Translations under genes and position numbers: made by a program
The notes under the pieces: generated by a model
What the model was told of the DNA's origin: nothing
The model's input: the letters and a program-made list of their open reading frames with translations, nothing else
The model's database searches: none
Source: Ginkgo biloba
Taxonomy: Eukaryota; Plantae; Ginkgophyta
Assembly (NCBI GenBank): GCA_024626585.2
Contig: JANKJI020000001.1
Coordinates: 1,206,385-1,227,351, forward strand
Length of the DNA stretch: 20,967 bases
Reading direction: 5' to 3'
Shown here: piece by piece, positions 12,480 through 20,967 of the stretch
Layout: each line of letters starts with the position of its first letter
Position numbering within the stretch: the first letter of the stretch is position 1

Positions 12480-12884
12480 CTCCAGTATACGCCTTTCTTT
12501 GGGACAAACTTTTGCAATATGACTTTACTCAAAACAATTATGACATCAAAATGGGGCTACATAATCTATCTCTTGTCTCCATTCATAACGATTGACATTA
12601 AGAATAGTTTCTTGCATCATTCTCTAGGGAAATTTCAACACATATTCTTGCATACGCTGCACTTTTGTTCTCTCTTATAGCTTTAGGGATGTGCAACGTC
12701 TTCCCTAGTATATAACCCATGTCAGACAATTCTTTCATCCTAGTATTCTTGAGGGAGTCTAGGGAACCTGACCTGAGTCTATGCCTCAAATATTTTATCT
12801 CCTGTTTTTGTTTGTTTCTTTTTGTAAGCTGCATTGTACTTGATCTGGGTGTAATATGGTATCTTTTGGTGTAATAGCATATTT
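12480..12884 (-). mobile_element. L1-clade LINE ORF1 remnant (DUF4283 C-terminal region plus zinc knuckle); may extend to about 13400
   Basis: VRFPRLPQEY*DE, MGYILGKTLHI...AAYARICVEISL, WRQEIDY, and a CX2CX4HX4C knuckle CHNCFE*SHIAKVC at 12545-12504. Confidence 0.85.
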
Positions 12885-13958
12885 NNNNNNNNNNNNNNNN
12901 NNNNNNNNNNNNNNNNNNNNNNNNNNNNNNNNNNNNNNNNNNNNNNNNNNNNNNNNNNNNNNNNNNNNGATTTGGTTGTCTCTGTCATTATTCTACATCA
13001 CGTTTTGGGTGATGTCGCCTAGGATACGTGATGTCATACCCATTAAGTCTGTAAAGGTTTCAGTTTTGGATCTCAACGTGTTCTAGTGAATCCTGATATC
13101 CTCTTGAACAGGAGCTGCTTCTCGACTCACCCTATGAACCATAGAATGTCTGCTGCTGCTGTCTTTCATGCTTTATTGGTGCCTTGACTAAAAGGTGTTC
13201 TATTTTTTGCGACATTAATAACTTCTCTTTTTTTGGGCAGTGCTAATTATTACATAATTTGGATCTGTGACATAGTTTTGGGAAGAGAGCCCTATAGTGT
13301 CTGGCTCTTTGTCATAGCTCATAGCCAGCTCCTTGGGTGCACCTTCTGATTGCATGCAACAATAACATTTGGAGTGTTGAAAGTCGAAATAAATCCATCC
13401 ATTGGGCGCAATAAAATTAAATAGAAGTTTCTATCAACTATTTTTTTTTTGGAAGGATCCTCTGTTTGGTTGGGGCATCCTCGCAGAGCACTTCTATCTC
13501 AGAGAAGGTGATTGAGTGTAGTAGGGTGCGAGATTATCTTGTAAGTAATAGTNNNNNNNNNNNNNNNNNNNNNNNNNNNNNNNNNNNNNNNNNNNNNNNN
13601 NNNNNNNNNNNNNNNNNNNNNNNNNNNNNNNNNNNNNNNNNNNNNNNNNNNNTCTTGTAAGTAATAGTGGTGAGAGTTTCTTCCTTTGCATTTTTCTGGT
13701 CTTCCTTTTCTTGCCAAATGCAAAGCCCAAATGTACATAAATGTTGTGTTTGCTTTCTTTCTGTATTTTTGGGTTGCTGAGTTGTATATTTTAAGTACAA
13801 TTGAAATGAGTGAAATCTGGTTACATTATTTAGCTTATGTAGATGAAGTTAAAGGATAGAGTATGATATAGTTTTGAAAATGACTTTTGAGATTCTAAAC
13901 ATATGGCTGATATTGGTGGGTTTGACTGTGCTATTATTACCTAAATGGATTTCTAAAG

Positions 13959-14088
13959 CACTTCTGTGTAAAAGTGCCGAATCCATTGTGGAAGCTGTGA
14001 TAAGGAAGGACCCTCATGAAGTGGAGTTTATACAAGCGGTACAAGAAGTAGTGCATTCTCTAGAACCAGTTCTCTCCAAGAGCCCACA
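13959..14088 (+). CDS. GDH4: NADP-GDH coding exon 2 (start of GDH dimerisation domain)
   Basis: G+CA restores Ala, then LLCKSAESIVEAVIRKDPHEVEFIQAVQEVVHSLEPVLSKSP, the GdhA-like P.E.EF.QAV.EV motif. Acceptor TAAAG|CA at 13958/13959 matches the phase of exon 1. Donor CA|GTAAGG at 14088/14089, phase 2. Confidence 0.92.
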
Positions 14089-14258
14089 GTAAGGTCTTCA
14101 TGCATGTCTTGATTGGTTGAGAATATTTTCTGTAGGATGAATTTTCACTGTCAGGGCAAAGAATTTGAACTACTAGTAAAAACAATGTGCAAGAAAAATG
14201 GACCGATTTAGGCCAAGGAGAATGCAGCAGATCTAAGTTGACCATGCTAGTGTTACAG
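14089..14258 (+). other. GDH intron 2 (170 nt)
   Basis: GTAAGG...TTACAG, phase 2, in-frame join KSP-Q-FVHIL. Confidence 0.9.
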
Positions 14259-14542
<284 letters not shown>

Positions 14543-16759
14543 TAAGTGAAATGTTGAACTGCATTGATGACACTAGACAAGTTACCTCTTCAGAGAGTGA
14601 TTTTTATTCCTCACTGTTATGAACCCATGCCAATGCTTCTCTGCAAAATAATTGTTTCAAGTTTGAAAAAGTATGTAATTTTACCAATGATGTTGCCTCT
14701 GTGGGAGGGTATTAATGAGCATTCAAAATGAAGACACCAACTCTTGCTGCAACATTTTATAGCTTGAAAGTTCTTTTATAATTTTTATTTTTTTTATCTT
14801 GTACCTATCAGGTCGTGGTTGGGACAAGGCAGTTCAAGACAGCTATTGGGCTGATTTTTTTTGTTAATATTCTATTGTTATTGTATTCTTAGTAGCTTGC
14901 TCGACAGTATTCAAACACTTTATGAAATTAGATTCTGTCCGTAATGATTCACATTATAAGTTTACACTTGCTGAAGAGTTAAATTTGTAGGGTATCTAGC
15001 ATCTTAAGTTGATGACATCATCCAGAAAGATGTCTTGCATGGGAGAATTTTCTACTGATCTCAATGTAGAAATGAAAAAAATGAAATGAAGTGAAATTAT
15101 CTCAATGTTCACTAATGACCAAAGAGTGGTCTTTATGGGACTGATGGGTACTAGCAAGTAATATTTCTCCAAGGGAGTACCTATGGCAATCCAAAGATAA
15201 GGACTAGCTAATGAATACAACTAATTTGAGAGAGTAAATAAAAATTGAGTGTGAGGTCCCTNNNNNNNNNNNNNNNNNNNNNNNNNNNNNNNNNNNNNNN
15301 NNNNNNNNNNNNNNNNNNNNNNNNNNNNNNNNNNNNNNNNNNNNNNNNNNNNNNNNNNNNNTTCCATTTTAAGGTGACCATCTATATTAATTAAAATTTT
15401 GTTATACTCTAAATAACCATTTGTGAAAGAATATAATTCTTAATTGGCCACCTAATTGATGACATTATCTATAAAACATAGTGGGAAATTATCTTTTAAA
15501 GTTACCTTATTAAGGTCCTGGTAATTAATATAGATCATAATTTTACCATTTTTTATTTATAACAGGGGCAAGTGAAGAAACCCACTAGTAGTACTCTGCC
15601 TTAAAAGATGAAAATGGCTTTTGATAACTTCTCAATATGCTCTTTAATTAGCAAGATGAACTTTAGAGCTAAACACCACTACTTTTGTCCCACCATCCAA
15701 GCACCCTCTNNNNNNNNNNGGCGCATTCACAAGAATACAAGATCTTCAAGTACTAATTTAAGTTTAGAGTAATTACACACAAGGACATCACAAACCTCCT
15801 AACAATGTGCTAGACATTACTTAAGTTCTCATTAGGAAAAAAAAACTCCAAACCATAAAATCTAATATTTAGGAAGGATGACAGAAAGGTCCCCACTGCT
15901 GCTGTCTGTCTATCATGGGGTGCTGTGGGCACATAAAGTAGTGCAATAGACTATAAGTTATTTGCTATGACAAAATCACTGAAGACCTGTTTAATGAGAT
16001 CCTCCGCTGCTTAATCATCAATGGCCAAAGATAATTAAGTGATTTTGGTATGTAGGAACTAAAGCCAGGTTTGTGTTTGCCTGTTACAAAACTTAGGCCC
16101 CATGAGGAAGGTGAGTGACTAGAACAGGGTCCTTCTGATGAGAATTACTGTTGTCTTTTTGCTCCATCTTCCATTACAGTCCTTGTTTTTCACTTATAAT
16201 ATTGTCTCTCATTTGGATGGGTTAAGTTATGTTGCAAAAGCTTAGAACACCATTTTTTCCATCAATATGATATTTATACTTTAGAGATCCCCATCTTTCC
16301 TTGCACGGGGATGTTTTCACTTGTAGATGTGTGTTCTTTTGGCTTATTTGCAGAAGCTCATCTCCTTAATCTTCAATGTTACCTGATTGGATAGAAATGA
16401 TTTGAAATCATTTAATGTCCACTTAGATCAACTTTGTCAATTAAATCTTGAAAAATGTGTTCTTTTTTACATGTCATGTTTNNNNNNNNNNCAAACAAAT
16501 TAATGTTTTTCTATATTCTAGGGTACATTTTGATCTTTCCATCCACCTCGTTATTCTTTGACCCTTATTTTATAATTTTTTTGAACTCATTATTTTGATT
16601 TCAGTTATTGCATATTTTCATCAATAAAGGTTTCTAGATTTTTAAAAAAGTTTTGCCTTTGTTTCTTTCTCTCGTGTTTGCATACACTCCTAAGTAAGGT
16701 ATTCATAGATAAAGATGTCACTCCATGTTTTGCTCATTTGTGAAGATTGCTTTGTTACA

Positions 16760-18100
16760 GTCAGGGTTCTCTACATTGCAGTGTGTTACTTTCCCTTAGC
16801 TATATCTCGGTATGCCATGGATATAGATGGGGAATCTTCATTTTTGGATCTCTATTCCAATGAGGTGATGCCCTTTTAGTAGGTGACTTCAATGCCCATA
16901 CAAGTACTCTTCAGTCACTAGTTTATGATGCTTTTGAGGACAAGCTTCATATTTGGGAGATTGACCATTCAGACTTTGGTCTAGACAGATTTTCTAATTT
17001 CTGCAAGGCAATCTCAACCTATGGGCATCATCTGTTAGGCCTTCGTGTGTCACATGATCTATTTGTTTTGAACGATCTTCATTGTTTCTTGGATTCGTTG
17101 CTTCCACCCGCTTTCCTCATGGGGGGAGGTAGTGTTCTAGACTATGCCCTTGTCAATTTATCCTCATTGCCTCTCATTTCATACCTTTACCCCTGCTCCT
17201 ATCTACCATTAACTGAGCACATCTTTATAACTTGTATCTTCCTTGGCCAGTGTTCCCTTACCTCCACTTTCCTTTGGCTCCTTTATTCTAAACCCATCTT
17301 TCCCTAGGTCATTATCTAATTTGATCATGCTTATGATGAGGTTATAAGCACAAGTGACTTCGGTAGCTTGGGAGTTTTACTCTTTTCAGTTGCACCATAG
17401 TGGACTTTCTCTTTTGTTATCTTTGGAAGGTGGCCTAGGAATTCTTTTAGCATATAGTCCATCAATCCTCTTCTTTTTGACCCTTGGAAATTACTTGCAT
17501 GAACAAGTAGTTTGATAGAAATTGAAAAGCAAATGCATAATCAATTCAAGAGAGATTTTATAAGTCTGCTCAAGAGAGCCAAGGAGAATGAAAGGGAATA
17601 TCGTTGGTAACTTAGTTAAGAGAAACATCGCTTCTAGTCCCTAACGAGGCAAGAGCTTATTCATTGCCTTAAGGAAACTCACAACATGTTTTATAAAACT
17701 CATTTGTCTTGAAAGTCTATTTTCCATTTATATGATCTTGAGGTTTGGAATTTTTCAATGAGATTTTTTACTCTAGTTGCTCCCCTTGCACATTTCTATT
17801 ATTTTACACCTTGTCCTAAAATCACACGATGCATGAGACCCTAGAAACTACATGATCGTCATGGTAGGCCATATCTTGGCCAAGCTTTACTCCACTATCC
17901 TAGATACCTACATTTATAGTTGGTTGACAATGATGGCCTTAGAGTTAATGAACAAATGGGTTTTCATTAGATTATTAGACCTTGGATCATATTCTCATGC
18001 TCAGGGCTATTGATGAAAGGCCAAGCACTGGCATTCAAAAATATACTAGTGCTTTGTAGATCTTTGAAAAACCTTTGAGACTATTTGCTATTGGCCTTAC
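16760..18100 (+). mobile_element. Degenerate non-LTR retrotransposon ORF2 (APE endonuclease plus N-terminal RT), RTE/RTE-X-like
   Basis: LYIAVCYFP at 16769. Stop-free frame 16864-17307 with LLVGDFNAHT, YGHHLL...LFVLN, GGSVLDYAL and TEH (SDH equivalent). RT motifs PRNY..VMVGHILAKLYSTIL (17840), EQMGF, TLDHILMLRAI, CFVD (18050). Confidence 0.88.
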
Positions 18101-19515
18101 CTTACTCTATCCATGCTTGTGTTACATACACTACTCTAGGCGGTGGTTAGGTTTAGAATAAGCATAAATTGTTGTTTGCCTTAGGCAATGACAACCTTAA
18201 CAATCCTTTTGAGATTTACTTTCCAAGTTCCTAAACTTGGTATTTCTGTGGAGCCTGTATACATGGATAAATATAGCGTTGATCCAGTGTTGTTGGGTAA
18301 GTGTCCCTATTGGGCTTTGTACTTGAACTAGGGACAATATCCACACCTGGGATGTAGGTACGGGTGCAGGTTGTACTTGACTGTACCCCCGTCTTGTCTC
18401 CCTCTCCTCGTGAGGATAGGCCACTGTCCCCAATTTGAGATAGCAAAAAAACACATGCAAAAAATGATTTTGTAAAAAACAAACAAACAAACTTGCTTTC
18501 ACCTATTTTTATGTTAATCCAACTAACCATAGCACCAATTTCAATAGTACTAACCCTCTTTCTTTTTCATAAGAGNNNNNNNNNNNNNNNNNNNNNNNNN
18601 NNNNNNNNNNNNNNNNNNNNNNNNNNNNNNNNNNNNNNNNNNNNNNNNNNNNNNNNNNNNNNNNNNNNNNNNNNNNNNNNNNNNNNNNNNNNNNNNNNNN
18701 NNNNNNNNNNNNNNNNNNNNNNNNNNNNNNNNNNNNNNNNNNNNNNNNNNNNNNNNNNNNNNNNNNNNNNNNNNNNNNNNNNNNNNNNNNNNNNNNNNNN
18801 NNNNNNNNNNNNNNNNNNNNNNNNNNNNNNNNNNNNNNNNNNNNNNNNNNNNNNNNNNNNNNNNNNNNNNNNNNNNNNNNNNNNNNNNNNNNNNNNNNNN
18901 NNNNNNNNNNNNNNNNNNNNNNNNNNNNNNNNNNNNNNNNNNNNNNNNNNNNNNNNNNNNNNNNNNNNNNNNNNNNNNNNNNNNNNNNNNNNNNNNNNNN
19001 NNNNNNNNNNNNNNNNNNNNNNNNNNNNNNNNNNNNNNNNNNNNNNNNNNNNNNNNNNNNNNNNNNNNNNNNNNNNNNNNNNNNNNNNNNNNNNNNNNNN
19101 NNNNNNNNNNNNNNNNNNNNNNNNNNNNNNNNNNNNNNNNNNNNNNNNNNNNNNNNNNNNNNNNNNNNNNNNNNNNNNNNNNNNNNNNNNNNNNNNNNNN
19201 NNNNNNNNNNNNNNNNNNNNNNNNNNNNNNNNNNNNNNNNNNNNNNNNNNNNNNNNNNNNNNNNNNNNNNNNNNNNNNNNNNNNNNNNNNNNNNNNNNNN
19301 NNNNNNNNNNNNNNNNNNNNNNNNNNNNNNNNNNNNNNNNNNNNNNNNNNNNNNNNNNNNNNNNNNNNNNNNNNNNNNNNNNNNNNNNNNNNNNNNNNNN
19401 NNNNNNNNNNNNNNNNNNNNNNNNNNNNNNNNNNNNNNNNNNNNNNNNNNNNNNNNNNNNNNNNNNNNNNNNNNNNNNNNNNNNNNNNNNNNNNNNNNNN
19501 NNNNNNNNNNNNNNG

Positions 19516-19950
19516 GTGGATTATTTCCAAGATAATTTCTTATAATTTGGTATGTGAAAAGATTCCATTAAGGGTGATGACTTTCCCTAATGAACATTTA
19601 CTTCTAATTATGGATCATTTTATGTGGTATCATCAAATTAAAAATTATCTTAGCAATTAAACTTTATAGAAGGAGTAACTAAGAAGGAATGATAGAGTTT
19701 AAAATTTAGAGTATTAACTATGTTTTCTTTAGTGNNNNNNNNNNNNNNNNNNNNNNNNNNNNNNNNNNNNNNAGGTATGTGGATTAGGCATAGGAACAAG
19801 AAATATTGAAATACTACCATAAAGGTCTCTATAGAGATCATTTATCATGAAATAAGACATCTAATAATATTTTTTGAGAAAAAATTTCTTATCCTACTAT
19901 ATTTTAGGAAGCATATAAAGTTTCTAAAGAATGAAAAAGTTTTTATTTAA
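19516..19950 (+). mobile_element. Highly degenerate Ty3/gypsy pol remnant (linker plus integrase HHCC region)
   Basis: DDFPNEHLLLI...WYHQIKNYL, then RYVD...EILKYYHKGLYRDHLS*NKTSNNIF...YPTIFR, a decayed form of RCV...IL...HEG..GGH....TA.KIL...WPTLFK. Confidence 0.7.
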
Positions 19951-20044
19951 ATTCAAGGAGAGTTGTATTGCCTAGTATACTATTGTAGTCAATTATATAT
20001 TGCCTCAACCATTTATATACTGCCATAATCGATCACTATTCAAC

Positions 20045-20570
20045 TTACTTATACAAAGTATTGGGCATACATCTTGTCGGACACAAGAGTTGAGTGTCCT
20101 TTCTCAAACACTGATGAAAGAAACTTCGATGTCTGGTATAAGAAAAATATTCAAGAAATTGGTGTCTTTGTTTTGTCCCCTTGAAATCATTTTGGGTATT
20201 GCCAAAATTTTCGAAATGTGCAAAATTGTCCACAAGACTTTTGTCATGGCTTAGTCTCGATGTCAAGATTGCTAGGAATATGTACTTCTGCTTGTTATAA
20301 TAGTTGGACTAAGGCTTCGTTTTTTCCTTCCAATTGCTGCACTTTTGCGTGGTCTCAACTACGCATAGTAGCTAGTTCTTGAGAGTATTGATCCTAGATA
20401 TTCTGCAACAGTTGGTCCTTCTTGTTGAGTTGTTGGTCAAGATCCATAAAGCGGTCTTCGAGCTCCTCAAGAGCTTAATTCGCCTTTTTTCATGCCATGG
20501 TGGCCTTCATTCTGTCATACTTGAGATCAAAGATCTCTTGTCTATCTTGGTCCACTTGTAATATTTGGGC
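20045..20570 (-). pseudogene. Decayed coiled-coil-like coding remnant, probably a TE accessory ORF
   Basis: Minus strand reads ELEDRFMDLDQQLNKKDQLLQNI*DQYSQELATMRS*DHAKVQQLE: E/Q/K/L-rich with stops. Family not recognised. Confidence 0.35.
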
Positions 20571-20967
20571 ACCTAATTTTGAGATAATATGCTACAATCC
20601 CTCAGGAATTTGTTTTTCTAATTGTAGGATAAAAAATGAGAGGTTGGTAGGAAATACCACTTATTTTACATATATTAATAAGAAAGGGGAATATTCTATT
20701 ACCTCTTTTGGAGTGATTCAATCATCCCACAAGGCTTGGTGGAGCTTAAAATTCTAATCCTTATGATTCTTCTTGATGGTCCTCTTTAGGATTCTAATCA
20801 AATTTTTATTTGTTTCTTTAGCCAACCCATTCTGTTATGGATAATAATTTGAGGATAGAGATAAGAAAATATAATAACTTTTACTAAAGTATATTATTTT
20901 GGTTGATACAAAGGCTAGGCCATTATATGATATCAAGGTTGTAGGTACCCCAAAATAGGGCATGATT

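Larger units (their letters stand above)
9201..13958 (+). other. GDH intron 1 (about 4.8 kb including N gaps, TE-filled)
   Basis: GT...AG ends; splicing gives an in-frame join IYVK-A-LLCKS. Confidence 0.88.

Noticed and set aside
13537-13668. 16-nt direct repeat TCTTGTAAGTAATAGT on both sides of a 100-N gap
   Set aside because: Looks like an unmerged contig overlap, not a target-site duplication.
16395-16413. Palindrome AAATGATTT-G-AAATCATTT
   Set aside because: Short, AT-rich and isolated; plausible by chance.
18493-19545. 350-aa and 326-aa ORFs
   Set aside because: Almost entirely the N gap at 18576-19514.

Overview
AT-rich, gap-ridden short-read assembly of a land-plant nuclear genome. 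The TE-filled multi-kb introns and decayed retroelements suggest a gymnosperm, but that is inference. The window holds the 5' part of one + strand gene, the plant NADP-type glutamate dehydrogenase (GDH4/At1g51720-like). Coding exons are 8648-9200, 13959-14088 and 14259-14488. The next exon was not found, so it lies outside the window or in an N gap. Exon 1 encodes a non-enzymatic N-terminus with a His/Gln tract, an SV40-like NLS and a TTF/hAT-type C2H2 zinc finger, spliced in frame to the GDH domain. Exon 3 has an N gap followed by 76 nt of foreign-looking sequence where a conserved motif should be. The rest is mostly decayed retroelements: four Ty3/gypsy pol fragments, a Ty1/copia gag, an L1 ORF1, and a LINE ORF2 (APE endonuclease + RT). 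All calls are by-eye translation and motif recognition; no searches were run.
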